Both the position numbers and the translations under genes were made by a program. DNA of 50,894 bases from Anaerolineales bacterium (GTDB taxonomy: Bacteria; Chloroflexota; Anaerolineae; Anaerolineales; UBA4823): assembly GCA_046485135.1 (NCBI GenBank), contig JAWOHN010000257.1, positions 1-50,894 of the forward strand. Direction: 5' to 3'. The number at the start of each line of letters is the position of its first letter. Position 1 is the stretch's first letter. Below are positions 1 through 9,423 of the stretch, one piece after another. The notes beneath the pieces are model-generated. The model was not told the origin of the DNA. It ran no database searches and worked only from the letters and a program-made list of their open reading frames with translations.

Positions 1-603
1 CATTACGGTGTACCTGAGCTGGCAGTAACGGTGAATCGCCTGGAAGCGCCGATGCACGACCCGCGCGCCTTTGCAGGCATGGCGGTGACCTATGCGCTTT
101 CACCGCGCGGCGCCTGTCATATGGAAGGGGATATGTACGGGGTGGATACCGGGCAGGGTGCGCCGGTGGAGCTGGGTGTCATTCCGGGCGATCGATTTGA
201 TGACAGCGAGGAAAAAGGCAGGATAGCTGCGCGTCACCAGGCCTGGCGCAATCTGTACAACGCACTGACATTGTGCCAATTCCAAAACCCGGGGGTTATG
301 CCGCTGCTGGAGGCGCTGAACCAGGCAACGGGTTGGAACTGGGAGGCGGAAGAACTGCTAGAAGCTGGTAAGCGTATTGTCAATCTGAAACGCCTGTTGA
401 ATGCAAAATTAGGTCTGACTCGGGCGAATGACCGCCTGCCGGAGCTGATGATGAAAGCGATTCCGGGCGGCGGCACAGAAGGTTTCGTGCCGGACGTGGA
501 GCGCATGCTGACAGGCGCTTATGCCGAGTACGGCTGGGATCCACAAAGCGCCATGCCGGGTGCACAAGTTTTAATGGAGTTGGGGTTGGAGCCAGGTAAG
601 TGA
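1..603 (+). CDS. aor: Aldehyde:ferredoxin oxidoreductase (W/Mo AOR family), C-terminal part, truncated at window start
   Basis: Frame open from base 1; AOR motifs HDPR, YALSPRGACH, LTLCQF and DRLP; typical YAEYGWD ending. Confidence 0.85.
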   Translation, partial: HYGVPELAVTVNRLEAPMHDPRAFAGMAVTYALSPRGACHMEGDMYGVDTGQGAPVELGVIPGDRFDDSEEKGRIAARHQAWRNLYNALTLCQFQNPGVMPLLEALNQATGWNWEAEELLEAGKRIVNLKRLLNAKLGLTRANDRLPELMMKAIPGGGTEGFVPDVERMLTGAYAEYGWDPQSAMPGAQVLMELGLEPGK

Positions 604-631
604 TTTAGCTAATACGGTTCAATTAATAATG

Positions 632-689
632 ACCGTCCCGCAGGGTGGGTGTAGGTCTCGCCTTGACCCATGAAAAACTGCGGGACGGT
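632..689. terminator. GC-rich inverted repeat between convergent genes, probable bidirectional terminator
   Basis: ACCGTCCCGCAG (632-643) is the perfect reverse complement of CTGCGGGACGGT (678-689); inner TGGGT/ACCCA pairing. Confidence 0.5.
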
Positions 690-734
690 TTGCATGCTAA
701 CGGAGGAGCATGGGGCGGGAATTCTTTATTAGCC

Positions 735-1721
735 TTAGCGGACGATGACGTTGCCGGAACTGATCTCAACCGTGATTTCGATCAGCGGAGCGGAGGGGTC
801 GCTGCCGGGGGCCTCCCAGACGCCCTCCCCGTTCGCCTGTCCACTGACCAGTTGGAAGCGCTCGGGCAGACGCACAGTCCCGGAAGATTTGCGGGTCACT
901 TCAAAGCGGACGGGCGATGAAACGGGCAGATCGTAGGTCAGCCTGCCGCTAGAGATGCGCGACTCAAGGATGGTCTCCGCTCCTGGTTGAACACTGACAG
1001 TTAACGAACCCGAACTCATGCGCAGCACAGACCGGTAAGACTTTCCTGTAGCAGGCAGGATCACGGTTGTGTCGCCTGAACTGACCTGGACGGAAGTGGA
1101 CTCGACCTTCAGACCAGAAAGGTCAACGTTTGTATTGCCAGAACTGACCCCTAGTTCAAGGTCGACCGGCACGTCCGGTGAAATGGCTACGTCCCAGCTT
1201 TGTTCGCCCATGAAACTGGGCCAGATGAAGACACCGCTCTCGGGACGAGGCCCGCTCAGGCGGACGTTGCGGTTGGTGGTGCCGCTGTCGGTGAATTCAA
1301 CCGTCCCTGAATGAATCGCAGTGGCTACCAACAGATTTTGGGTACCAGCCAGAGGCCGGATTTGGTTATCTCCAGTCGAAAATTGGACCTCCAGACGAGC
1401 GCGGCGGGCCAGGCCTGAAGGTGCAACAAAGGTCTCCGTTGTCAATTCAGGAGAGCTCACCAACCCGAGGCGGGGACCAGCCAAGGTCATGCCGAGGATT
1501 CCACCCACTACGACCAACCCAATCAGGGCGCTGACGATGGGAAAGCGCCGGCCAAAGAGCAAATCCATGCCGATCCCAATCAATAATAAGGGCCAAAGCT
1601 GGAGGGCAGCCGATAGATTTGCGCCGCTGATCAGGTTGAGGTTATAAAGCATCCAGACGATACCAACCCCAATTAAGACCACCGGCCAAAAGAGAGAGCG
1701 TTTATTGCGATTGTTGTCCAT
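735..1721 (-). CDS. LiaF/DUF5668-type membrane protein with C-terminal beta-repeat (DUF4097/adhesin-like) domain
   Basis: N-terminal TM segments with FWPVVLIGVG and LWPLLLIGIG; repeated xSSGx beta strands; ATG at 1721 preceded by AAGGA. Confidence 0.7.
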   Translation of the reverse strand: MDNNRNKRSLFWPVVLIGVGIVWMLYNLNLISGANLSAALQLWPLLLIGIGMDLLFGRRFPIVSALIGLVVVGGILGMTLAGPRLGLVSSPELTTETFVAPSGLARRARLEVQFSTGDNQIRPLAGTQNLLVATAIHSGTVEFTDSGTTNRNVRLSGPRPESGVFIWPSFMGEQSWDVAISPDVPVDLELGVSSGNTNVDLSGLKVESTSVQVSSGDTTVILPATGKSYRSVLRMSSGSLTVSVQPGAETILESRISSGRLTYDLPVSSPVRFEVTRKSSGTVRLPERFQLVSGQANGEGVWEAPGSDPSAPLIEITVEISSGNVIVR

Positions 1722-1731
1722 TTTCTTATCC

Positions 1732-2544
1732 TTATTCCTGGGTTCCCGCGGTCGGACGCTCTGCGTCATCTACGTCTTCTTCAGGAAAAGCCGGGGGTTC
1801 GGGCTTTTCAGTTTCAATTTCAGGAGCGACTGGAGCGTCTTCATCGAGCAAGGCTTCACCGCTAGGAGGCTCAACAGGCAATGGTTCACCTTGAAATGGA
1901 TCGGTGAGGGGAGGCAGCGGTGCAATGTCTTCAGCGACCGGTGTTTCCCCAGTTGCAGGGGAAGGGATGGGCTCGGTAGGTAGGGTAGGTTCGGCCGGTT
2001 TCCGGCGGGAAAACAGAGCCGAGAACAAGCCAGAGCGGGCTAAAAGCAGGTAAAAACCGAACAGGATCAGCAAAAGCGGCCACATAATACTGCTGCCATC
2101 AAACAGCCCGCTGAGTCCAAAGAAAAGCTCAAAGAAAATCCCAAAGATGACGAAGAGTACCAGCCCAAGGCGGGCTACCACCCCTCCGCTTTGGCGTATC
2201 TTATCCTGATCGGTATAGCGACCAAAAATGCTGATGCCAATGCCGGCAGCAAAGACGATCAAGGTCCAGGCGTAAGCCCAGGTCTCCCAGAAACCGAACG
2301 TGTTGTGGAAGAGCAGGATCAAGCCAACCATGACGATGACGCTGCCGGGGATAGCCAGCGGTCCGCCGGCTTTGCCAGAGACTAGCATAGCGATAAAGAA
2401 AAGCAAGCCAACGCCGATGATAGCAATGGGCCACCAGTCTGACATAAATCGAATTTCGAAGAATTGCAAGGTTAAGAACGTAATGCCCAATACGATCAAT
2501 AGAATGCCGGTCACAATACCGGTGCGCGAATTATTATGGGACAT
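1732..2544 (-). CDS. Multi-pass membrane protein (LiaI/LiaF-like WP repeats) with acidic Pro/Glu-rich tail
   Basis: About 6 hydrophobic helices; WWP and MWP motifs; AGGAGG RBS; low-complexity C-terminus. Confidence 0.7.
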   Translation of the reverse strand: MSHNNSRTGIVTGILLIVLGITFLTLQFFEIRFMSDWWPIAIIGVGLLFFIAMLVSGKAGGPLAIPGSVIVMVGLILLFHNTFGFWETWAYAWTLIVFAAGIGISIFGRYTDQDKIRQSGGVVARLGLVLFVIFGIFFELFFGLSGLFDGSSIMWPLLLILFGFYLLLARSGLFSALFSRRKPAEPTLPTEPIPSPATGETPVAEDIAPLPPLTDPFQGEPLPVEPPSGEALLDEDAPVAPEIETEKPEPPAFPEEDVDDAERPTAGTQE

Positions 2545-2655
2545 AAATGACCTCCTGAAGTTGTGCCTGCCCTATACATACATATACGCAGGTAGAAAAG
2601 ATTCGTTTCACTTTTGCAGGTGCAATAATCCAGCCTGAGTAAAGTCCGGCGACAA

Positions 2656-2823
2656 CTAGCGGACTTCTTTTGTCGCAGCAGTTTCTACGAGCGTTTTTTG
2701 GTAAGCCTTCCAGCCAGGACACCAGGAGGTGTGCCATTTCCACAAGCGCGACCAAAAGCTTTTCGGGTTGGTCTGTGCTTTTTTACGCGCCGGGCAGGTG
2801 GCGCATTTTGGTTCAGTTTCCAT
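2656..2823 (-). CDS. Small Cys/Trp-rich protein, 55 aa, absent from the ORF track
   Basis: METEPKCATCPARKKAQTNPKSFWSRLWKWHTSWCPGWKAYQKTLVETAATKEVR*; AAGGA upstream of ATG; CxxC plus WHxxWCPGWKxY pattern. Confidence 0.75.
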   Translation of the reverse strand: METEPKCATCPARKKAQTNPKSFWSRLWKWHTSWCPGWKAYQKTLVETAATKEVR

Positions 2824-3069
2824 TGCCTGTTTTCCTTACAGCTCAAGCTGAGCCTGGCGGTGGTAAAATCTCTAATAATGGTGTACAAAGAGTTGTGCAC
2901 AGCAAGTGGACAACAGCACTTGTCGAAATTTTCTGACAGATTGATCGATAACGAATCCTCTTTGCGAAAGATTTAGCCTTTTCTGTATCCGATAATCAAT
3001 TATACTTTTTAATCAGGGATTTATCCGGAAATTTTTGTGGCTCATTGGGGCCACTGTCGAGGAGGTAAA

Positions 3070-3789
3070 ATGGAAATCGATCTTAACAGTAAAGTTGTCA
3101 TTGTAACCGGAGCGGTTGGTGCACTGGGCTCTGCTGTCAGCCAGGTATTTCGACAGGCAGGAGCGAAGGTAGCCTATGTTGACCGGGCGGATGAGCGTAT
3201 GGAGCGCGTAGCTGCTAAAGTCGCTGACGACCCGGAACATAACCTGGTGGTTTGTGCAGATTTGATGACCCTGAAAGGGGCTGAACAGATGGCAAGCGAG
3301 GTAAGCGACTATTTTGGCGCCATCGACGTCCTGGTCAACACGGTGGGCGGTTACCGAGCAGGTAAAGCTCTGCACGAAACGCCTGTGGAGACCTGGGATC
3401 TGATGATGGATCTCAATGCTCGCACGGTATACAATACCTGCAAATCTGTCATACCCTATATGCTGCGCTCACAAACGGGCGCCATCGTATCTGTGGCAGC
3501 CCGTCCAGCTCTGGCAGGGAAGGAGAAGATGGCTGCATACAGCGTCTCAAAAGCAGCCGTTCTGCGCCTGACGGAAAGCATGGCGGCTGAACTGCGCGCA
3601 GCGGGCATTCGCGTGAATTGTGTCATCCCTGGAACGATTGATTCACCCGCCAACCGGAAGGATATGCCCGAGGCGGATGCCAGTCGTTGGGTCAAGCCAG
3701 AATCGCTGGCAGGCGTGATCTTATTTCTCTGCTCGGATATGGCTCGCGATATCACTGGGGCGGCCGTGCCTGTATATGGGAGAAGTTGA
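3070..3789 (+). CDS. Short-chain dehydrogenase/reductase (SDR family)
   Basis: TGAVGALG Rossmann motif, YSVSK catalytic motif, RVNCVIPG; GGAGG RBS before ATG at 3070. Confidence 0.9.
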   Translation: MEIDLNSKVVIVTGAVGALGSAVSQVFRQAGAKVAYVDRADERMERVAAKVADDPEHNLVVCADLMTLKGAEQMASEVSDYFGAIDVLVNTVGGYRAGKALHETPVETWDLMMDLNARTVYNTCKSVIPYMLRSQTGAIVSVAARPALAGKEKMAAYSVSKAAVLRLTESMAAELRAAGIRVNCVIPGTIDSPANRKDMPEADASRWVKPESLAGVILFLCSDMARDITGAAVPVYGRS

Positions 3790-3838
3790 TTGATAGATTA
3801 GATATCTGTTTTCTTTTCTCATGATGAGGAGATGCGAA

Positions 3839-5071
3839 ATGCCGTATCGTGTGATGGTCATTTTATTCACTCTAGTTTGGTTGCTATCAGGCTGCCAAAT
3901 AAGAGCTGAGTCAACTGAGCCAGTCGTTCCCACAGATTTACCTGGGTCTCTTGCAAGCCCCATTCCCCCGACCGAGCCGGAATTTACGGAAGCCCCTACG
4001 CAGGAAACGCCGCCAGTTACGGCGACACTAACATCTATTCTGCCCGAAGAGAATGAGAAGTTGGTTTGGGCTTATACGGAGACAGATGTCTACCGGAGCA
4101 CAGATGGAGGCCAAAGCTGGCAAAATGTCACCCCATCTGGCTTGCAGGAAAGCCTGAACGCTGCAGGCGAGCAGTTTGGGGTCACACTTATGGCAGACTT
4201 CTCAGATGAAAATTTCGGCTTGACGGCGATTTCGCAGGTAAATCAGGCCCTGATCTACCGGACTGAGGATGGCGGCAAGACTTGGGAAGAAAGTGTGCTG
4301 CCCTACGCAGAAGATGTGCAAGGGATTGTCTCTGTGGACACGCTGGATGGACAATACGGGTGGTTACTGGTCTCGCGCGGGTTGGGAGCGGGCAATGAAT
4401 GGGTGGATTTATACCATACCCAAGATGGCGGAGTGAGCTGGAGCCACCTGGCCTGGTCCAGTACAGAGGTGGATCCTTACGGTAGCATCCCCAGCGGCGG
4501 TTTGAAGAGTGGTATCCGTTTCAGCGATCCCCGTAGTGGCTGGATTGCCGGTTCAGCGCCAATCGATGCGGTGTATCTTTTGCACAGTCAGGATGGAGGT
4601 CAGACCTGGCAACCCTATCATCTCCCTTTGCCTGACGGTGTCGCTTTCTCCGGCCCTGCCTCCCCACCCATCTTCTTCGATGAGCTACAGGGCGTGCTGA
4701 CTGTTGGTGTATACACCGTAACCGATGAGCCGGGCCGGGTTTTTTTCTGGACTCAGGACGGAGGTCAAAGCTGGCAGCCATCTGCGGTCTTGGAAGGTCG
4801 GTTTACGGCGCAGGATTGGGTCGACCCACAGCATGGTTTTGTCATTGAGGCGAACGATTATAACCAGACCAGGCTTTTAGCCACGCAGGATGGCGGCCTG
4901 ACCTGGGAAGCATATCCCATTCAAATGGCGATGGTCAGCAGAATGGAATTCGTTACAACACAGGCAGGTTGGGCAATTTGCGGTTCAAAGTATGCACCCG
5001 GACAGGGATGCGCCGGAGAGTTGTATCACACATTAGATGGCGGGCGCAGTTGGGAGATCGTATCACCCTGA
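3839..5071 (+). CDS. Lipoprotein with BNR/Asp-box repeats (YCF48/sialidase-like beta-propeller)
   Basis: Lipobox LLSGC, Pro/Thr linker, seven S/T-x-D-G-G-x-S/T-W repeats. Confidence 0.8.
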   Translation: MPYRVMVILFTLVWLLSGCQIRAESTEPVVPTDLPGSLASPIPPTEPEFTEAPTQETPPVTATLTSILPEENEKLVWAYTETDVYRSTDGGQSWQNVTPSGLQESLNAAGEQFGVTLMADFSDENFGLTAISQVNQALIYRTEDGGKTWEESVLPYAEDVQGIVSVDTLDGQYGWLLVSRGLGAGNEWVDLYHTQDGGVSWSHLAWSSTEVDPYGSIPSGGLKSGIRFSDPRSGWIAGSAPIDAVYLLHSQDGGQTWQPYHLPLPDGVAFSGPASPPIFFDELQGVLTVGVYTVTDEPGRVFFWTQDGGQSWQPSAVLEGRFTAQDWVDPQHGFVIEANDYNQTRLLATQDGGLTWEAYPIQMAMVSRMEFVTTQAGWAICGSKYAPGQGCAGELYHTLDGGRSWEIVSP

Positions 5072-5078
5072 AGCTGTG

Positions 5079-5342
5079 CTAAGGATTGCCCCAACGGCGC
5101 GGTGGGCGGATTTCTTTGGCAGCTTTTTCGAGAATCTGGAAGCCAAGAGTTAGCATCCTGTCGATGTGGGGCTGGGAGAAATCGCCTGTAGCAACAATCT
5201 GCTGGCCTGATTCTGTTTGATCTACATACCGCAGCAAAGACCCGCGCAAGCCGCTGGCCCGGTGGGCATACAGGGAGTCGGCAGAGAGTCGCTCGAGGCG
5301 AGAAATCAGTAAGCGGGCAGTTTCGATTTGACGGAGTGACAT
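5079..5342 (-). CDS. Small hypothetical protein
   Basis: 87 aa, helical; RLERLSADSLYAHRASGLRG resembles a small hypothetical family recalled from Anaerolineales (not searched). Confidence 0.6.
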   Translation of the reverse strand: MSLRQIETARLLISRLERLSADSLYAHRASGLRGSLLRYVDQTESGQQIVATGDFSQPHIDRMLTLGFQILEKAAKEIRPPRRWGNP

Positions 5343-5494
5343 GGCAGTTACTCAATTATACTATTGTGAAAAATACTTCGCCTTGTCCAAATCTGGCTCA
5401 TTCTGACGGCAAATCCCAGAGAACCCGATAACAAGACCATCTCTGCCTGAACTGCGGACCTCCTTAAAATTATGTATCAAGAGGATTATATCCG

Positions 5495-6373
5495 TTGACG
5501 CCATTCGTCGTTGCCATCGTCTTGTCCTCCACCTTCATGCATGCCAGCTGGAACCTGCTGGCTCGCTACGGCAGATCTGAGGGGGTTTTCTACCTGCGTT
5601 TGTTGGTTGTGACCTCAGTGGTTGGTTTCATTCCCGCTGTGGTGAGTGAATTTCTCACCCGTTCAATGCCCCCCCTGGCCTGGTTGTGCGTATTAGGCTC
5701 AGGTACGGCCGCAGCCGCTTACTTGTTTTTCATGGCCAGGGCTTTTCAGACTCTGGACTTTTCGACCGTCTACCCGGTCGTCCGCGCCCTTCCGGTGGTA
5801 CTGGTGGCATTTGCGGATGTGGCGCGTGGCCGTTATTTGTCACCGTTCGGGTGGATGGGGGTGTTGCTGGTGGCGGGTGGGTGTTTATTGGTGCCATTGA
5901 GATCTTTCAAAGATATTTCGATTAAGAATTATTTTAATATCAACAGTGTGTGGATGGTGTTGGCGGCGTTGGGCACGGTGGGTTATACCATGCTGGATAA
6001 AGTGGCGGCAGAGGTGGTGCAGCCTGGGCCTTGGACGGCCATCCGTTATGGATATTTTTACTTCCTGATTTCCCTATTCCCTTATTGGGGGATGTTGCGG
6101 GTCAGCGAGACAACCCAGGTCGTACGCGGTTCAGCCAGTTGGAAGCTGGCTTCGCTGGCGGCTTTGTTTCAGTTTGGCGCGTATGGTTTGATCCTGTGGG
6201 CGTACCAACTCACGCCGTATGCCAGTTATGTCGTAGCTTTTCGCCAGTTTAGCATTGTCCTGGGCTCTGTGGCAGCCTTGTTGTTCTACCACGAGCAGGG
6301 TCTGGTTGTGCGCTTGAGTGGGGCGTTGCTGATCACAAGTGGGCTGGTGATGATTGCGGTTTTGGGGTGGTAG
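5495..6373 (+). CDS. EamA/DMT family transporter
   Basis: About 10 TM helices in two repeats; HASWNLL, DFSTVYPVVR, YTMLDK, YVVAFRQFSIV. Confidence 0.85.
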   Translation: MTPFVVAIVLSSTFMHASWNLLARYGRSEGVFYLRLLVVTSVVGFIPAVVSEFLTRSMPPLAWLCVLGSGTAAAAYLFFMARAFQTLDFSTVYPVVRALPVVLVAFADVARGRYLSPFGWMGVLLVAGGCLLVPLRSFKDISIKNYFNINSVWMVLAALGTVGYTMLDKVAAEVVQPGPWTAIRYGYFYFLISLFPYWGMLRVSETTQVVRGSASWKLASLAALFQFGAYGLILWAYQLTPYASYVVAFRQFSIVLGSVAALLFYHEQGLVVRLSGALLITSGLVMIAVLGW

Positions 6374-6499
6374 AGGATTGGGCTATAATTAGGGAGAGGT
6401 GTCGGAGTGACTCTTAATGGATTCACCGCCAAAGTTGTAATGGTTTTAGAATTAAGTGCCTGGTGATTGAGGCTGTTTAGACAAAAAAAGGAGAAAACC

Positions 6500-7024
6500 A
6501 TGAAACTCAGTGGAAAAAAAGTGGCTTATTTGATCGGGCCAGGTTTTGAAGACCTGGAATTTTGGGTTCCTTTGATGCGATTGAAGGAAGAAGGCGCGCA
6601 GGTGACCGTGGTTGGAATCCGAGCAGGTGAGGTCTACACGGGTAAGACTTGCCTGGAAGGAAAGGCAGATGTGGGGGCAGAGGACGTTCGGGCAGCCGAC
6701 TTCGACGCAGTGATCGTGCCAGGTGGGTGGGCGCCGGACAAGATTCGCCGCTATGAATCGATCAAAAAATTGGTGCGGGAGACATACCAGGCAGGCAAAG
6801 TTGTGGGAATGATCTGCCACGCCGGCTTGGTGGGGATTAGCGCGGGTATTGTGGCTGGGCATGAATCAACCGGCAGCCTGGGAATCAAAGATGATTTGAT
6901 TAATGCCGGTGCGACCTGGCGAGATGAGGCTGCCTTCCGCAGCGGAAATATTGTGTGGGGGCGAGTGGTCGAAGATATCCCTGATTTCTGCCGCGAACTG
7001 GTGGCCGCGTTAGCCGGGGAATAA
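6500..7024 (+). CDS. PfpI/DJ-1 family protein (type 1 glutamine amidotransferase fold; protease/deglycase)
   Basis: GFEDLE, FDAVIVPGGWAPD, ICHA nucleophile; AGGAG RBS. Confidence 0.9.
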   Translation: MKLSGKKVAYLIGPGFEDLEFWVPLMRLKEEGAQVTVVGIRAGEVYTGKTCLEGKADVGAEDVRAADFDAVIVPGGWAPDKIRRYESIKKLVRETYQAGKVVGMICHAGLVGISAGIVAGHESTGSLGIKDDLINAGATWRDEAAFRSGNIVWGRVVEDIPDFCRELVAALAGE

Positions 7025-7121
7025 GTCTTCGTTGTAGAAATTTTGGATTCGCGCCAGGTGGGGATATTTCTACCAGTTTACTGTGTACAGTTCGATGATT
7101 ACCGGTGCGAAAGGTGGGACA

Positions 7122-8024
7122 ATGTTTCTTGCTTGGGTGTACGAACGACTCGGCCCGATCCGGAGTCTCTGGCGGGATTACCTGGATCTGACCAAACCGG
7201 GGGTAACGGCAGTCATCGTGCTGAGCGCTTTAACTGTATTGCTGGTTGCCAGTGATGGTCTTCCGCCGGTTGGTACGATCGTGCTCTTGGTGATGGGTGG
7301 TAGTCTGGCTGTGGGTGGGGCTAATGCCATGAATTGTTGTCTGGACGCAGATATTGACGCCCTGATGACCCGTACGGCAGATCGCCCACTGGCAGCCCAT
7401 CGTTTGGACTTGAAGAATTCCTTTACCTTCGGCATGGCGCTGGTGGTAATTTCATTCTTCATACTGAGTATAGGGATTAATCTGCTGGCCGGGGTGCTGG
7501 CGATGCTGGCGGTCTTTATTCATGTGGTGATATATACAGGCCGGCTTAAACGTAGCTCACCATATAGCATCCTGGTGGGCGCAATTCCTGGAGCAATGGC
7601 GCCTCTGATCGGCTGGGTGGCAGCCAGGGGCACATTGAATCCCGAAGCATTTCTATTCTTTGCTATCCTCTTCTGCTGGACCCCCATACATTTCTGGTCT
7701 TTGGCTCTTTCGATGCGCCGGGAGTACCTGCGAGCGGGCATTCCATCCCTGCCGGTTGTTTACGGGCTACAGACTACGCGTATACATCTAGGAGGTCTGG
7801 CGGTTTTGATGGTCATGGTGTCAATTTTGCCGGTTGGTTTTGGGTTATTAAACTCCTTCTATGCCCTCTCGGCAATGCTTTTGGGTGGATTCTATATTTA
7901 CTTTGCATCCACTTTGATGATCATGCCCAGTCTGCGGACCTCCTGGCGCTTGTATAAATTCTCCATGCAGTACCTGGCCTTGCTGCTGGCAGCCATGGTG
8001 GTCGATTGGGTGTTTTTCTTCTAA
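7122..8024 (+). CDS. cyoE: Protoheme IX farnesyltransferase (heme O synthase, CyoE/CtaB)
   Basis: LTKP, DADIDALMTRTADRPL, YTGRLKR, GAIPGAMAPLIGW, WTPIHFWSL. Confidence 0.9.
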   Translation: MFLAWVYERLGPIRSLWRDYLDLTKPGVTAVIVLSALTVLLVASDGLPPVGTIVLLVMGGSLAVGGANAMNCCLDADIDALMTRTADRPLAAHRLDLKNSFTFGMALVVISFFILSIGINLLAGVLAMLAVFIHVVIYTGRLKRSSPYSILVGAIPGAMAPLIGWVAARGTLNPEAFLFFAILFCWTPIHFWSLALSMRREYLRAGIPSLPVVYGLQTTRIHLGGLAVLMVMVSILPVGFGLLNSFYALSAMLLGGFYIYFASTLMIMPSLRTSWRLYKFSMQYLALLLAAMVVDWVFFF

Positions 8025-8158
8025 GCCTTTAACCGAAGACCGGCCTCTTCAATTTATTTCTGCTTTTTGAAAATAGCCGTAAGGGAAACCCAAATCTGGG
8101 AACTTCAATAGGATTTTAACAGTTCGAGGGAACGCTGCCACTTGTGAGCAGCAGATTG

Positions 8159-9304
8159 TTAACGGGGGTGGGCTTTGTAGTGGGGATGTTTCAGCCAGGC
8201 TTTGAGCGTGCCGCGATATAAGGCTCGCTCAAAATAGCCACCTTCGCGGGAGAGGCGCTGGTAGCCTTTTTCCATTAACACTTCCATCAAAGGCTCTAAT
8301 TGTTGTCCATAATGACGCATAGATGCTTCAGGGTGGATGCCCGGCCAAGAATAACAACTGACCACCGCCCGCCTGTGCTGACTGGGGATTGACTCGGGAA
8401 CAGAACTATCCCATTGTGAGTCTTGCGGGTCAAAAATATATTTATCCAGGTTGCCCTGTGGGATACCCTCGACGCCGCGTACAACGGGCGGCTCTGCATC
8501 CAGGGTATAAGGATCGACAGCCAGATCGGTGATGACGGCATGCTCCGGCAGCCAGGCAATCCATGAATTGGGCACAACAGGTTTAGACGAGTCTCGCCGT
8601 TGGGTGGCGTCTACCAGGACATCAGCCAGGCTGAACAGCTCCTGCATGATCTCGGGATTGTCAGAGATGTTGCGACCGATGACCTGGGCGATCACACCTG
8701 GGCCGCCTGCTTCTATATGATCGGCGTTGCGCTCAACATTGCCAAACTTGGTGGCAGCGTCGACAGCGTGTTTGCCGACCATGCCCGTACCCAAGATCAA
8801 CACCTGGATTGGCTTGCCGTCTGGGCGGACCAAACCCGGCCAGCGCTTTTCCAGAACATCAAAAGCAGTTTCCAGGCCGTTCCAGGCAACCGCTTTCATA
8901 TTTTCAACCAAGCGAACGTTTTTGTCGTTCTCTATACTATCCAGAGATATGGCACAGATATCGTGATCTTGCAAAGCGCGTATGCGGATTGGACGGGTAG
9001 GATAGTGCAGCATTGAGATGAGGGTGCTACCTGGTTTGAGCAACTCAAATTCAGCCAACTTGGGGGAGCGCAGGATGATGACGACATCCTGTTGGAAAGC
9101 CTGCTGGCGCGAGCACATATGCACATCCGGGTTGGCTTGTTGGTAGTCAGCAAAGGCCAAGCCGGAACGAGCACCGTAACCTTCTTCAATATAAACCTGC
9201 CCACCTAAATCGGTGAGAAAAGAGATAAATTCTGGCAAGAAGACCCGTTTTTCGCTGGCTTCTTTCATCATGCGCGGAAAGCCAATGGTTTTAGGTCTGG
9301 TCAT
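8159..9304 (-). CDS. AlaDH/PNT-fold NAD(P)-dependent oxidoreductase (alanine dehydrogenase/carboxyethylornithine synthase-like), paralog 2
   Basis: IGFPRMMKE-EKR, IEEGYG, GTGMVG Rossmann motif, DVLVDAT, DLAVDP; start reassigned to ATG 9304 (AAGGAG RBS). Confidence 0.7.
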   Translation of the reverse strand: MTRPKTIGFPRMMKEASEKRVFLPEFISFLTDLGGQVYIEEGYGARSGLAFADYQQANPDVHMCSRQQAFQQDVVIILRSPKLAEFELLKPGSTLISMLHYPTRPIRIRALQDHDICAISLDSIENDKNVRLVENMKAVAWNGLETAFDVLEKRWPGLVRPDGKPIQVLILGTGMVGKHAVDAATKFGNVERNADHIEAGGPGVIAQVIGRNISDNPEIMQELFSLADVLVDATQRRDSSKPVVPNSWIAWLPEHAVITDLAVDPYTLDAEPPVVRGVEGIPQGNLDKYIFDPQDSQWDSSVPESIPSQHRRAVVSCYSWPGIHPEASMRHYGQQLEPLMEVLMEKGYQRLSREGGYFERALYRGTLKAWLKHPHYKAHPR

Positions 9305-9423
9305 GATGGACTCCTTTTCGTTACTACTCAGGCAATAGCCATCGCAGAAGAGGGACACGCAAAATTGGCATGTAAAGGTGGCGTACATCCCTTCTGCACA
9401 CCTGTTTTGCAGGCAACTCAGGG

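Noticed and set aside
2670-2976. Several overlapping 71-92 aa ORFs and apparent terminator-like stems
   Set aside because: The region is better explained by the 55-aa minus-strand gene; the other frames lack an RBS or motifs
5364-5382. Second Rex-like site (TTGTGAAAAATACTTCGCC)
   Set aside because: Only one half-site, wrong spacing and a poor second half
8159-9388. Cys-rich N-terminal extension (MYATFTCQFC...) on the second dehydrogenase
   Set aside because: Paralog alignment and the AAGGAG RBS place the start at 9304
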